Shown here: piece by piece, positions 28,099-37,804 of the stretch
How the letters are laid out: every line of letters begins with the position of its first letter
Position numbering within the stretch: the stretch's first letter is position 1
Source: a virus
Lineage: Duplodnaviria > Heunggongvirae > Uroviricota > Caudoviricetes
Reading direction: 5' to 3' (one strand)
Virus record (IMG/VR): IMGVR_UViG_3300010885_072628
DNA: 64,000 nt
Translations under genes and position numbers: made by a program
The notes under the pieces: model-generated
What the model was told of the DNA's origin: nothing
What the model saw: only the letters and a program-made list of their open reading frames with translations
The model's database searches: none

Positions 28099-28689
28099 AT
28101 GAGCGAAGATGAAAACGATGCTCTTATCGCATACAAAGAAGCTGTTAAGTTAGGAAAGGAATATCCACAGGGTGAATCACAGATTGCAAAGTCTGCTTAT
28201 TATTCTCTAGAATATGCTTTTCTCATCAAGAAGAGATTTAAACTAGGAGAAAAAGCAATATCTAAGTCTCCTCAAGCATCTGTTTTGTATGCTAAGTATT
28301 TTCTACAGGGCAGATTTAAAGCAGGAGAAAAATACATTGCAGAATATCCATATTATACTTGTGCGTATATCGCAGAAGTTTTGAAAGGAAAACAAGAATT
28401 ATCAGCAGATATGCATAGAATAATGTTGAAGAACGGTGTATCAGAAAATGATATTTATTGGGTGAAAGAATATTTTAAATATTGCGAGTATTTGCAAGGA
28501 TTACAGGGTGCTCCATATTGGATAAACTCAAGTGTTGTTTGGGATTATGGAAAAGTTTTCTCTTTTCAAAATTCTACCGTTTGGCCCCACCCAAAAAAAT
28601 TGTACCCTACATCTGTGACGGGGTTTTCCCGTGACGCTCTGCCGGTGCCTTCCAGCTTGCGGTTTTTAAACATGAAACAGGAAAAATAA
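28099..28689 (+). CDS. GRWPEAE-family helical repeat protein (divergent member). C-terminal about 55 aa reads through a promoter-motif copy.
   Basis: Repeats YA..FL.GRF..GEK.I. Family-type end ...IMLKNGVSENDIYWVKEYFKY. Confidence 0.4.
   Translation: MSEDENDALIAYKEAVKLGKEYPQGESQIAKSAYYSLEYAFLIKKRFKLGEKAISKSPQASVLYAKYFLQGRFKAGEKYIAEYPYYTCAYIAEVLKGKQELSADMHRIMLKNGVSENDIYWVKEYFKYCEYLQGLQGAPYWINSSVVWDYGKVFSFQNSTVWPHPKKLYPTSVTGFSRDALPVPSSLRFLNMKQEK
28593..28612 (+). promoter_or_regulatory. copy 4 of the motif (AAAAAAATTGTACCCTACAT)
   Basis: Embedded in the 3' end of ORF 28099..28689, about 80 nt upstream of 28691. Confidence 0.4.
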
Positions 28690-28690
28690 A

Positions 28691-29485
28691 ATGAGTCTCG
28701 CTCCACATTGGGAAGCTCTTCTTTCGCACATGGTATCTACCCCCAGAAGAATTACAGACTTTGGCGATACTCCAGCTAGAGTTCCAGAATTTGAAAGTTA
28801 CATCATTCAAAGTGCTGAACATGCAACTTCTTATGCTGAATCTGTGATTAGAGGTCCGTGGCCAGAAGCTGAAGATATTATTCTTAGCGATATCCAATCA
28901 AGTTTCAAGTATGCTAAAAGCGTTATCAGAGGCCGATGGGAAAAATGCGAAAGTCTCATCGCAACAGATCCTAGTTTAGCTTATGAATACGCCAAATTTG
29001 TTCTGAAAGGTCGCTTTCCTCTTGGCGAAGCTGCTATTGCTACCGATAGCACACAAGCATACAGGTATGCTACGCAAATTCTGAAGAGTCGTTTCATTGA
29101 AGGAGAAGCTGTAATTGCGAGTACAGAAACAGTGAATAGAAATACATTCACTGTGAAGGAGTATAAAGAGATATTTGTCGGTATTCCTAAGTCAAGTGGT
29201 TATGTAGGATGGGCAGGATGGACAGAAGAACAACTTATGCGTTCTCCTTGTTGGATGTATCTATATGCAAAAGAGTGTATGGATGGACGGCTTCCCGACA
29301 CACTTCATAATTCTATGATAGTTTTTGGCATGACAATTCCAGAAAACTATTATGTTAAGAGATACATGAAAGCAAAAAAGTACCACAAAAGAATTAAGCG
29401 TCGTAAGGCAATTGAACTTCCAGAAGTTTTGCAAATTAAAGACGATCCGGTAGATCAGCCAATAGATCGAGAGGAAGCAGTATGA
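28691..29485 (+). CDS. GRWPEAE-family helical repeat protein
   Basis: Tandem about 38-aa repeats (AESVIRGPWPEAEDIILSD; AKSVIRGRWEKCESLIATDP; AKFVLKGRFPLGEAAIATD; ATQILKSRFIEGEAVIAS) and a C-terminal DGRLPDTLHNSMIVFGM. Confidence 0.5.
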   Translation: MSLAPHWEALLSHMVSTPRRITDFGDTPARVPEFESYIIQSAEHATSYAESVIRGPWPEAEDIILSDIQSSFKYAKSVIRGRWEKCESLIATDPSLAYEYAKFVLKGRFPLGEAAIATDSTQAYRYATQILKSRFIEGEAVIASTETVNRNTFTVKEYKEIFVGIPKSSGYVGWAGWTEEQLMRSPCWMYLYAKECMDGRLPDTLHNSMIVFGMTIPENYYVKRYMKAKKYHKRIKRRKAIELPEVLQIKDDPVDQPIDREEAV

Positions 29486-30714
29486 ATCATCCAGAATTTA
29501 ATTCTTACATCGCACAGTATAAAGGCCCGCCAGCCTCTACACCCGCAATGCCGGTAGAGATACAAGATAAAATTATCAATGGAATTTTATCTCCATCTGC
29601 ACCTATTGGATATAGAGAGTTATATCAATTTTGCACACAAATGATTGCAAAAAAAAGATGGATTAGATTTGAGGAAGCTGCTCTTAAAAGCATTAGCGAA
29701 ACGTCTTTTCAAGTTGTCAACAAACACAACACGCTCATTTCGTATGCTAGCAACATTATGCAGAACAGATGGAAAGAAATCGAACAATATATTGAAGATC
29801 CTAATGGGGTGTACGACTACGCTTCCCTTATTTTGAAGGCTAGATGGAGAGAAAAAGAACATATTGTGCTAAAAGGCACAAAAGGCACTTTGAATAAAGA
29901 TTGGTCAGTAGCCACTCGATATGCACATTCATTGTGTGCTGGAAGATGGCTAGAATATGAAAGTGTTCTTATCAACGATAATCCTGATCCTGCTGCTCTT
30001 GCGAACTATGCAAGAAACATTGTAAGAGAAAGATGGCCAGCAGCAGAACCTTTTATTTTGAAAGACATAGATGCATCGTATTTTTATGCCAGAGATGTTA
30101 TCGGAGGCAGGTGGCCAGAAGCAGAACCTATTATTGCACAAGATCCTGTTTTTGCTAAGAGATATGCCGAGCATGTAATACATGGTGCGTTCAAACAAGC
30201 CGAGCCTATTTTGCTAGAAAGTGAGCACTATTTTGATTACTTTTCATTTGCCACACGTTCTAATCGAGATTTGGCCACTAAGTTAGCCACGCAATTTGAT
30301 GAGTCGATGACCGTCAAGCAGGTGCTTGAAATTATTCAAGACGGTAGAAATAAGAGCTTTGAAAACAAACTTCTTAATAGCACTCACGCACACCGAAAAG
30401 CAATTTGGTATGCAAAAGAAGTGCTAAAGGCCAGATGGCCAGAAGCAGAGATTTTTCTTTGTAAAAGTGCTAAATACGGGGTAGAATACGCAAGAGATGT
30501 TATCAAAGGCAGGTGGGAACAAGCTGAGAAAGAGATAGCTAAAAAACCAAATTATCTTTTTCAATATGCTGCACAAGTCATTAAAGGTAGACTTCCAGAA
30601 GTTTTACACAACAGAATGATAGCTCACAGCTTTGTAGACGCTAAATACACCAAAAGATATTTTCAAATGCTGGAAAAAACAGATGAGAGACAGCTATCAG
30701 ATACTGGGGCTTGA
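29482..30714 (+). CDS. GRWPEAE-family helical repeat protein (about 9 repeats)
   Basis: ARDVIGGRWPEAEPIIAQDP, AKEVLKARWPEAEIFLCKS, ARDVIKGRWEQAEKEIAKKP, C-terminal KGRLPEVLHNRMIAHSF. Confidence 0.5.
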   Translation: MNHPEFNSYIAQYKGPPASTPAMPVEIQDKIINGILSPSAPIGYRELYQFCTQMIAKKRWIRFEEAALKSISETSFQVVNKHNTLISYASNIMQNRWKEIEQYIEDPNGVYDYASLILKARWREKEHIVLKGTKGTLNKDWSVATRYAHSLCAGRWLEYESVLINDNPDPAALANYARNIVRERWPAAEPFILKDIDASYFYARDVIGGRWPEAEPIIAQDPVFAKRYAEHVIHGAFKQAEPILLESEHYFDYFSFATRSNRDLATKLATQFDESMTVKQVLEIIQDGRNKSFENKLLNSTHAHRKAIWYAKEVLKARWPEAEIFLCKSAKYGVEYARDVIKGRWEQAEKEIAKKPNYLFQYAAQVIKGRLPEVLHNRMIAHSFVDAKYTKRYFQMLEKTDERQLSDTGA

Positions 30715-31189
30715 AAAAAATGCCACAATAGAAGAAATTAAAAAGGCATATCGTCTAAAAGCTCTAAAATTACATCCTGACGTCAATAAGAGTTTAGATG
30801 CACACAAACTATTCATTGAGCTAAATAACGCCTATAGAACGCTCACAGACCCTAATTATAATAATCAGAAGCCTTCTACTCCTAAATCTTCGAAAACTTA
30901 TACTCCTCCACCACCCAAAAGAGATATCTGGGGCGATCCTATAAGAGAAGATCCGTTGTGGGTGGATAGTATGAAGAGTCATTACGAGAACCCTTCTTTA
31001 CAAATCTTTAAAAAATACAAACGAGAAGAAAAAGAAAAAGAAATAGATTTGTGGCAAAAAATGCCAAAAGATCCCATTTCTTTGTATTGGAAAGAATATG
31101 ATAGGCTAAAAAAAGAAACCGCATACGAAGATCCCGAGGTATTCTGGCAAAAACTAGATGAATTCTGGCAAAAAATAAAAAAGAATTGA
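30683..31189 (+). CDS. J-domain (DnaJ-like) protein
   Basis: YQILGLEKNATIEEIKKAYRLKALKLHPDVN with the HPD motif. Confidence 0.7.
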   Translation: MRDSYQILGLEKNATIEEIKKAYRLKALKLHPDVNKSLDAHKLFIELNNAYRTLTDPNYNNQKPSTPKSSKTYTPPPPKRDIWGDPIREDPLWVDSMKSHYENPSLQIFKKYKREEKEKEIDLWQKMPKDPISLYWKEYDRLKKETAYEDPEVFWQKLDEFWQKIKKN

Positions 31190-31378
31190 CCAGAAAGCCG
31201 ATTTCCGATATGATGCCGTCATGGAATTAGATTGCAATTTTATCGTGAGGTTTTTGCTGTGCATCAAAGAAAAGCGTAAAACTCTATCTTTAGAAGATTC
31301 TTTTAAAGAAATCTCTAAAGATTTCGATATCAGTCCAGAAGAAGCAGAAAAAAAGTATGTTGAAATTAAAGATCTCTT

Positions 31379-32635
31379 ATGGTAAAAGGAAATAACATGA
31401 AATTGAAAATTTTATTGGCTTTGTCTTTAGTAGTGTCGTATGCACTAGTATCTTCTATTGTTTTGAATAATGCTTCTTTCGATACAACCGAACAATCTAT
31501 GAAACAGCTTAATGATGATTCGGGAAATATTACACAAGAACTGAAAAATGAACATATGATCAGAAACAACCTTTACTCTTTAGGATGGATTGGCATTATC
31601 ATGACAGTTATCGCAATTTTCTACAAAGATGTTAAAAAGTATTTTGCATTATCTTCAATGGTTGCATTGCTGTTTTGCACAGGTTGTTGGAAACCTTTCG
31701 AACCTGTAAAGCTAGAGGTAATATCAGCAAATGAGGAGGCTTTTCTTTTGCCTTATCTGGGCGATACAAAAAAGCAGACAAGCAGCGATAATGAGAAATA
31801 TCTGAGCGAGAATCTTGTTTACACAAAGCAGGTCAAGCTACCACAACAGTGGGTTCAAAAAGGATACGACTATATTTGGCCAAATGGAGCTTGGCAAGAT
31901 GCTGCCGTGTTAATCAAGGTGGACAAATCCCCAATAACACGGGAATGGACTGCTGATCCTAATAGCGGAACCAGCAACAGAAATGAGGCCATATGGGTTA
32001 TGACCAGCGACCAAGTTGAGTTTAGCACAGGTTGGACTATTACAGCACGAATTAGCAGTCGAGATGATGCTGTTAGATTTTTGCATAATTATCCTAATGG
32101 GAGTCTTGAGAAAGTATTGGATACAGAAGTCCGTTCAAAGATTCAAACAACATTCGGACTTGAAGTTACAGATTTGCCGATGGAGACATTAAGAAAGAGT
32201 GCAACTCCTCATATTGAAAAAACTGTTAAATCTGTAATTGACTTTTTCAAGGATCGAGGAATCACAATCACTAATCTAGGTATTAGTGGTGGATTTGTGT
32301 ATAAAGATCCAACTATTATGACAACATTGGTGGCTGTGTTTAATGCCGAGCAGCAAAAATCTATAACTGCTGCAAAGAATATGGCTCAAGAAGAAACCAA
32401 CAAGATGAATTTATCGATTCAAAAGACAGAAGCAGATGGCATCAAAATGGTCGCAGATGCTAAATTATATGAGATGGAAAAAGCTGCCGAAAGATTGCCT
32501 GCTTATATCAGTCTCAAGAAAATTGAACTTCAAAAAGAATTGATTGAGAGTTGGGACGGCACTTATCCTAAGACTTTTATGTCTAGTGGGAATCAAGGTC
32601 CAGATATGCTTTTGCAACTTCCCATGGTGGAGTAA
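31379..32635 (+). CDS. SPFH/Band-7 (stomatin/prohibitin/HflC-like) membrane protein
   Basis: N-terminal TM/signal. Band-7 core region. C-terminal coiled coil (AEQQKSITAAKNMAQEETNKM...). Confidence 0.55.
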   Translation: MVKGNNMKLKILLALSLVVSYALVSSIVLNNASFDTTEQSMKQLNDDSGNITQELKNEHMIRNNLYSLGWIGIIMTVIAIFYKDVKKYFALSSMVALLFCTGCWKPFEPVKLEVISANEEAFLLPYLGDTKKQTSSDNEKYLSENLVYTKQVKLPQQWVQKGYDYIWPNGAWQDAAVLIKVDKSPITREWTADPNSGTSNRNEAIWVMTSDQVEFSTGWTITARISSRDDAVRFLHNYPNGSLEKVLDTEVRSKIQTTFGLEVTDLPMETLRKSATPHIEKTVKSVIDFFKDRGITITNLGISGGFVYKDPTIMTTLVAVFNAEQQKSITAAKNMAQEETNKMNLSIQKTEADGIKMVADAKLYEMEKAAERLPAYISLKKIELQKELIESWDGTYPKTFMSSGNQGPDMLLQLPMVE

Positions 32636-32642
32636 GAATCAC

Positions 32643-32861
32643 ATGGACTTTCTATTAACTTTGTTTAAATGCTCCCTAGCATCGTTTCTATCATTCGTCT
32701 TGTTTGTTGGTTTCATAGGTCCATTCTTTGCCAATACTTTTAATTGGCATGGAGATGATCCCACTGCGTTATTCGGTCCAGAGTGGATCTGGAACTATGC
32801 TTTTTTCTGGTCAATAATTTGTTTCTTTGTTTCAGCAATTTTTTTTGGAAGTAAGAGATAA
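32643..32861 (+). CDS. small membrane protein
   Basis: ATG at 32643 just after the upstream stop. Two hydrophobic helices. Confidence 0.3.
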   Translation: MDFLLTLFKCSLASFLSFVLFVGFIGPFFANTFNWHGDDPTALFGPEWIWNYAFFWSIICFFVSAIFFGSKR

Positions 32862-32863
32862 GC

Positions 32864-33265
32864 GTGGCCGAAGATGATTTGAAACTTCGAATAGATAAGA
32901 TTTTTGAAGACGCAATTATCGTATCACGGGTACAATTGGCCGCATTAGATGCTGCCGTCTGCAACCATTATACAAAGGAAGTGAAAATGATAGGCGATTT
33001 GAGTGAATTTGATGACGATACTCTTAAAAAAGAGTTGGCAAAAAGAAAAAAGAAAAAAGAAGAAGAAACAATTCCAAAAGTTTTAAATGATATAGATTGG
33101 ACTAATGTAATACGTCTTGCGGTGAGTGTTAAAGACCAACTGATCGATCAAGGTATGTATGACGAAGATTATGATAATTATATTTTTGAAGAAGTAATGA
33201 AATCTGTTTTTGGTCGAAGATATTTTGATTGGCACCATAAATTTATTCACTTAAAAGGAAATTGA
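32864..33265 (+). CDS. hypothetical protein
   Basis: 133-aa ORF (GTG start per track). Confidence 0.3.
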   Translation: MAEDDLKLRIDKIFEDAIIVSRVQLAALDAAVCNHYTKEVKMIGDLSEFDDDTLKKELAKRKKKKEEETIPKVLNDIDWTNVIRLAVSVKDQLIDQGMYDEDYDNYIFEEVMKSVFGRRYFDWHHKFIHLKGN

Positions 33266-33266
33266 A

Positions 33267-34091
33267 ATGATTGAAGTATATTCGGAACTAACAAAAGAAA
33301 AACTGCCCGTGGAATTTATGAACTTTCCAGATAATGAGAGTTTTGTTAAATTTGACTATAACGGGGGACCTTTAAACATTGTTTGGAAATATGAAAATGA
33401 TAGCGAATTAATTAGTTTGGCATTGTTGTATGATGTTATTAGTCAGAATCGTTGTTCGATAGTTAATCTCTTTATTCCTTATTTTCCACACGCACGACAA
33501 GATAGAGAAGAAGTTAAAAGTCAACCTTTCTCTTTAAGAGTTGTATCTGAATTTGTGAACGAGTTCTTAATAGGTGATTTGTGCGTCTGCTTAGATGTTC
33601 ATTCCGATGTTCTGGAGACAACAATGGTCATGGAGTTTGAGAACATCCCAAGTTCAAATTATTCTGACAGCATCGATACAAAGTATGATTATATTATTTG
33701 TCCAGATAAAGGGGCTATGAATAGGTGTGAATCTTGGGGCGAAAAAAGAAATACGCCAGTTCTATATTGCCAAAAAAATCGTGATCCTTCAACGGGCAAA
33801 CTGAGCGATCCTATTATTCCAGATATTGATTTATCTAATAAAAGAGTTTTATTGGTAGATGATATTGGAACAGGGTTTGGTACTCATGTTATGCTGGCAA
33901 ATGTGTTCCATGGAAAGCATCAAAATCTTGTTATGGATTTATGGGTTACTCACGCATCTTTCGTCAGAGGCAAGGAAATGGTATTACGTGTTTTCAATCA
34001 TGTTTATACCACAGATAGCTTGAAGGGTGCCACCCAACAAAACTCTGACAAAATTACAGTTTTTGATTGCACGAAATACTTTTTTAACTAA
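33267..34091 (+). CDS. ribose-phosphate pyrophosphokinase (Prs) homolog. Candidate ADP-ribose pyrophosphokinase (Adps) of a NARP1-type NAD+ reconstitution pathway.
   Basis: IPYFPHARQDR (Prs IPYFGYARQDR), CLDVHSD (DLHA), VLLVDDIGTGFGT (PRPP-binding loop, divergent from DDMIDTGGT), VTHASF. Confidence 0.7.
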   Translation: MIEVYSELTKEKLPVEFMNFPDNESFVKFDYNGGPLNIVWKYENDSELISLALLYDVISQNRCSIVNLFIPYFPHARQDREEVKSQPFSLRVVSEFVNEFLIGDLCVCLDVHSDVLETTMVMEFENIPSSNYSDSIDTKYDYIICPDKGAMNRCESWGEKRNTPVLYCQKNRDPSTGKLSDPIIPDIDLSNKRVLLVDDIGTGFGTHVMLANVFHGKHQNLVMDLWVTHASFVRGKEMVLRVFNHVYTTDSLKGATQQNSDKITVFDCTKYFFN

Positions 34092-34102
34092 GGAATAACA
34101 AA

Positions 34103-35569
34103 ATGGAAGTTCTCCCAATTTTGCTTTCGGACAGCTACAAACAATTTCACTGGATGATGTATCCAAATGGTATTACACGCCTTTATAGCAATTTCACTCC
34201 TCGTAGTTTCAAACACTTAGGATGTGACAAGGCTGTATTTTTTGGTCTACAATACTATATCAAGGAGTATATTCTGGGTCAGTGGCAAAGAAACTTCTTT
34301 GATAAGCCACTAAATGAAGTAGCACAAGAATACCAAAGATTTCATAAACATTTTAGTTTTTATGATATGCCAGTAGAGCATATTACTAAGCTTCACAATC
34401 TTGGTTATCTACCAATAAAAATTAAAGCACTTCCAGAAGGTTGTCTTGTTAATGAAAAGATTCCATTTTTTACAATCACAAACACCCATGATGATTTTGC
34501 ATGGTTAGTTAATTTTCTTGAAACTCAAATTAGCACAAGCATTTGGGACTGTTGTGTTGTTGCTACTATTGCAAGACAATATCGAACTCTATTAAATAAT
34601 CATGCCAATAAGACTTGTGATAATAAAGATTTTGTTCAATGGCAGGGACATGATTTTAGTCAACGAGGAAGAAGTAGTACAGAAAGCACTTTTAATCAAG
34701 CGGGTCATTTGCTAAGTTTTACCGGCACGGATACTATTCCTAGTGTTTTTATGCTAGAGAAATATTATAATGCTGATATTACCAAAGAATTAGTAGGAAG
34801 CAGCGTTCCAGCGAGCGAACACAGTATTCAAACAAGTTATGGTAAAGAAAATGAAATTGATGGATTTATAAGAATTCTGGACAGATTCCCAAGCGGTATT
34901 GTCAGTATTGTTAGTGACAGTTTTGATCTCTGGGAAGTCTGTACAACTTTTGTAACCAAACTTAAAGATAAAATTTTATCTAGAGATGGAAAGCTAGTCA
35001 TTAGGCCAGATAGTGGTAATCCTGTTGACATTGTTTGTGGTGCTATAGAACAAGAATGGCAAAACGAACAAGCAACACTTCCACAAGAAAAAGGTGTTGT
35101 TGAACTTCTTTGGGATGTTTTTGGAGGAACAATTAACGAGAAAGGATATAAAGTTCTTGATCCTCATATTGGAGTAATCTACGGAGATAGTATTTCTCTT
35201 GAAAGAGCAGACGCTATTTGCAAAAGACTAGAGCGAAAAGGATTTGCTAGCAGCAATATTGTGTTTGGTATTGGCAGCTACACCTATAACCACAATACCA
35301 GAGATAGTTTGGGAATTGCTGTTAAAAGTACATACTGTGAGGTTGATGGAGAAAAGAGAAATATTTTTAAAGATCCCGTAACGGATGATGGAGTTAAGAA
35401 GTCTGCACGGGGGTTATTGAAAGTAGTTAAAGAAAATAATGAATATGTTTTGTATGATCAGGTTAGTGATCTCGAAGAAACTCAGGGTGAATTAACAACA
35501 GTTTTTGAAAATGGAAAACTTTTGGTAGATCATAAATTGAGCGATATTAGAGAAAGGTTGTGGAAATAA
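34103..35569 (+). CDS. nadV: nicotinamide phosphoribosyltransferase family protein (NadV/NAMPT; Namat-like)
   Basis: 488 aa, collinear with NAMPT: FFGLQYYIKEY, LPIKIKALPEG, GHDFSQRG, FTGTDT, SVPASEHS, IVSDSFD, IRPDSGNP, IYGDSI, NIFKDPV. Confidence 0.85.
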   Translation: MEVLPILLSDSYKQFHWMMYPNGITRLYSNFTPRSFKHLGCDKAVFFGLQYYIKEYILGQWQRNFFDKPLNEVAQEYQRFHKHFSFYDMPVEHITKLHNLGYLPIKIKALPEGCLVNEKIPFFTITNTHDDFAWLVNFLETQISTSIWDCCVVATIARQYRTLLNNHANKTCDNKDFVQWQGHDFSQRGRSSTESTFNQAGHLLSFTGTDTIPSVFMLEKYYNADITKELVGSSVPASEHSIQTSYGKENEIDGFIRILDRFPSGIVSIVSDSFDLWEVCTTFVTKLKDKILSRDGKLVIRPDSGNPVDIVCGAIEQEWQNEQATLPQEKGVVELLWDVFGGTINEKGYKVLDPHIGVIYGDSISLERADAICKRLERKGFASSNIVFGIGSYTYNHNTRDSLGIAVKSTYCEVDGEKRNIFKDPVTDDGVKKSARGLLKVVKENNEYVLYDQVSDLEETQGELTTVFENGKLLVDHKLSDIRERLWK

Positions 35570-35570
35570 T

Positions 35571-35900
35571 ATGTTTAGTCACCTGTATGAATGGTATCTT
35601 GATTCCCGCTTAATGACTAAATTTAGAATATGCAAGTTTGTTGACGGCAACGGAAAAGAGTGGTATCAAATCCAGCAAAAAGGTTGGATATTTTGGTACA
35701 ACATTTATTCTTATGATTGGTTAGGGGCTACGGGATGGCCACACAAATTAGACAGCGTAGATGAAGCAAAATCTTGTATTGAAAAAATGCAAAAAAAGAT
35801 AAACAGTGATGTTGTAAAAAAAATAGAATGTTTATCTTATTGTTGTAATTGTGGCGAAATCTACTCAAAATTTACCCATATACGATGCAATCATGAATGA
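35571..35900 (+). CDS. hypothetical Cys-containing protein
   Basis: 109-aa ORF. Confidence 0.3.
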   Translation: MFSHLYEWYLDSRLMTKFRICKFVDGNGKEWYQIQQKGWIFWYNIYSYDWLGATGWPHKLDSVDEAKSCIEKMQKKINSDVVKKIECLSYCCNCGEIYSKFTHIRCNHE

Positions 35901-36126
35901 CGATATTTTTGGAAGATCTATTCAAATTGATAAAGATCGCAGAAACAAGATGGAAGAACTCATGGAGGAATACGACCGCACAGTATATTTTCCAGCTTTA
36001 GAGCAATTGAGAAAAGACTGCGAAAAAAAAGGTCATGAAGAAGGGGAATGGAAAAATAATGGCATATCGTACGGTTGGCGTAATTGCACAATATGTGGAG
36101 TCGAACTTGATAGAGAAGAATATTAA
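35893..36126 (+). CDS. hypothetical protein
   Basis: ATGA-coupled start at 35893. Confidence 0.3.
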   Translation: MNDDIFGRSIQIDKDRRNKMEELMEEYDRTVYFPALEQLRKDCEKKGHEEGEWKNNGISYGWRNCTICGVELDREEY

Positions 36127-36323
36127 TGAAAACTACTTATACTCTTGACGAAAACGATGAAAACAACTACAAATACTATGAAGCTAGTATAAAATGCTTG
36201 CATGATAGTTGCTCTAAGTGCAACGGAAGAGGCATTGAAAAGAACACCGGAAAAATTTGTATACACATGATTAGTTGTCCTTGTGTAAAATGTAACCCTC
36301 ATTTCATGAAAAATGAAAAATGA
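36126..36323 (+). CDS. small Cys-rich protein (zinc-ribbon-like)
   Basis: CLHDSCSKCNGRG...CIHMISCPCVKC. Start ATGAAAACTAC. Confidence 0.3.
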   Translation: MKTTYTLDENDENNYKYYEASIKCLHDSCSKCNGRGIEKNTGKICIHMISCPCVKCNPHFMKNEK

Positions 36324-36517
36324 AAAATAAAAATACTGAGAATATGATTCAAAGTGTAATTTTAACTTTTGATGATGGGCAAGAGGCGATATTTGTTGGT
36401 AAGGCTGTTTGTTTTCAAGGGGAAACAAGAAAAATAAGAGATATTGCATTTTCTCCTCCAAGCGATATGCCAGAAGATTGTAGTTGGGGAGATCTTTCCA
36501 ATACTCGGAAAACATAA
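36320..36517 (+). CDS. hypothetical small protein
   Basis: 65-aa ORF. Confidence 0.3.
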   Translation: MKNKNTENMIQSVILTFDDGQEAIFVGKAVCFQGETRKIRDIAFSPPSDMPEDCSWGDLSNTRKT

Positions 36518-36524
36518 AAATAAA

Positions 36525-37016
36525 ATGAAAACTACAAACAAATACGTATTCTTCTGGAATGGAATTTACTCTCAATGGCATAAAGCAAATATGACTATTG
36601 ACGGTATCACTTACAATTCATGCGAACAATATATGATGCACCAAAAAGCCTTAACTTTTGGTGATACGGAAACTGCTAAAATTATCATGGCAGAAACTAA
36701 TCCAAGTGAGCAAAAGAAATACGGCCGTATGATCAGAAACTTTGACAAAAGTGTTTGGGATAAAGTTTGTTTAAGCATTGTAATTAAAGGAAACTACTTT
36801 AAGTTTTCTCAAAATGAAAATCTTAAAACTTCTTTATTACTTACAGGTAATAGAATCTTGGTTGAGGCATCACCACTTGATAACATTTGGGGTATTGGAA
36901 TGGCTGAAGACGACGTTAACATTGAACACCCTATGCGTTGGAAAGGTCTTAATCTTTTAGGCCAAGCAATTACAATCGTTAAACAAGAACTTATACGAGA
37001 AATTACAAATACATAA
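36525..37016 (+). CDS. NADAR (YbiA/DUF1768) domain protein. Candidate reverser of guanine ADP-ribosylation (anti-DarT1-type).
   Basis: VFFWNGIYSQWH...IDGITYNSCEQYMMHQKALTFGD...YGRMIRNF...VWD...LLLTGNRILVEASPLDNIWGIG matches the NADAR signature. Start at ATG 36525 within the 36-bp repeat. Confidence 0.8.
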   Translation: MKTTNKYVFFWNGIYSQWHKANMTIDGITYNSCEQYMMHQKALTFGDTETAKIIMAETNPSEQKKYGRMIRNFDKSVWDKVCLSIVIKGNYFKFSQNENLKTSLLLTGNRILVEASPLDNIWGIGMAEDDVNIEHPMRWKGLNLLGQAITIVKQELIREITNT

Positions 37017-37062
37017 GCACGATGGTAATACTACCATATACTCGGAAAAACATAAAAATAAA

Positions 37063-37251
37063 ATGAAAACTACTTACTCTGAAGTTGTCAGACGCTATGC
37101 GGTTGTTTGTATTCATCCAGATAATCCTAATGATGTACAAGTTATTGAATATTTCAGCGATATTGATGAAGCAAATGTGTTAGTGTCACAATTAAACAGT
37201 AAAAAAATTGCTGATGGAGAGTTTTGTGTAATGCAGTACGACCTAGGATGA
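37063..37251 (+). CDS. hypothetical small protein
   Basis: Starts within the second copy of the 36-bp repeat (MKTTYSE). Confidence 0.3.
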   Translation: MKTTYSEVVRRYAVVCIHPDNPNDVQVIEYFSDIDEANVLVSQLNSKKIADGEFCVMQYDLG

Positions 37252-37294
37252 TTCCAAACACTATGGAACAAACTGTAATTCTGACGAAACTCTT

Positions 37295-37804
37295 TTGAGA
37301 AAGACTGCGAAAATGAAAACAAAAATTACTAAAGAACTTGTAGAATCACTTTCCAGTGATACTATCGCTAAAAAAGAATACGATAAAATTATTAAAAGTA
37401 TTGAAAAGAAAGTCGAAGAAATATGGCTTTTTATTTGCAAAGAAGCTTGGATGGACTGCGAATGGTATGCATTCAGGAATGACCTTGAACTGGGTCATGG
37501 CGATGGATCGACTGGCGGCTGTTTCGATCCAAGAGCAGATAAACAATTTATTGAAATTTTAGGCGAAAAGAAAGACGTAGATTATTGCCCATACAACGAA
37601 GGATTTCCCACCAAGCTGCTCTGGACAGAAAACTGGAAGGAAATAGTTATCAAAGAAATAGAAAAAGCAGAGAAAAAACAAATAATTGAGATAGAAAAAG
37701 CAGAGAAAAAACAAACAACCGATAGTTCTAAAAAAGAAATCATCCAAAAAAAAATTAAATCCAAACTAACAAAGGAAGAATTGAAACACATTCAATTTAA
37801 ATGA
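37295..37804 (+). CDS. hypothetical protein
   Basis: 169-aa ORF. The minus-strand ORFs here were rejected. Confidence 0.35.
   Translation: MRKTAKMKTKITKELVESLSSDTIAKKEYDKIIKSIEKKVEEIWLFICKEAWMDCEWYAFRNDLELGHGDGSTGGCFDPRADKQFIEILGEKKDVDYCPYNEGFPTKLLWTENWKEIVIKEIEKAEKKQIIEIEKAEKKQTTDSSKKEIIQKKIKSKLTKEELKHIQFK

Noticed and set aside
30683-31189. Considered whether the J-domain ORF was an artefact of overlap with 29482..30714
   Set aside because: Retained as a feature. The J-domain HPD motif is clear, and a 32-nt out-of-frame overlap is normal in this operon.
36123-37747. Minus-strand ORFs 36123..36581, 37113..37322, 37346..37546, 37559..37747 and 37582..37791
   Set aside because: They overlap co-directional, ATGA-coupled + strand genes (including the well-supported NADAR gene) and encode Phe/Leu-rich low-complexity peptides typical of antisense AT-rich coding DNA.
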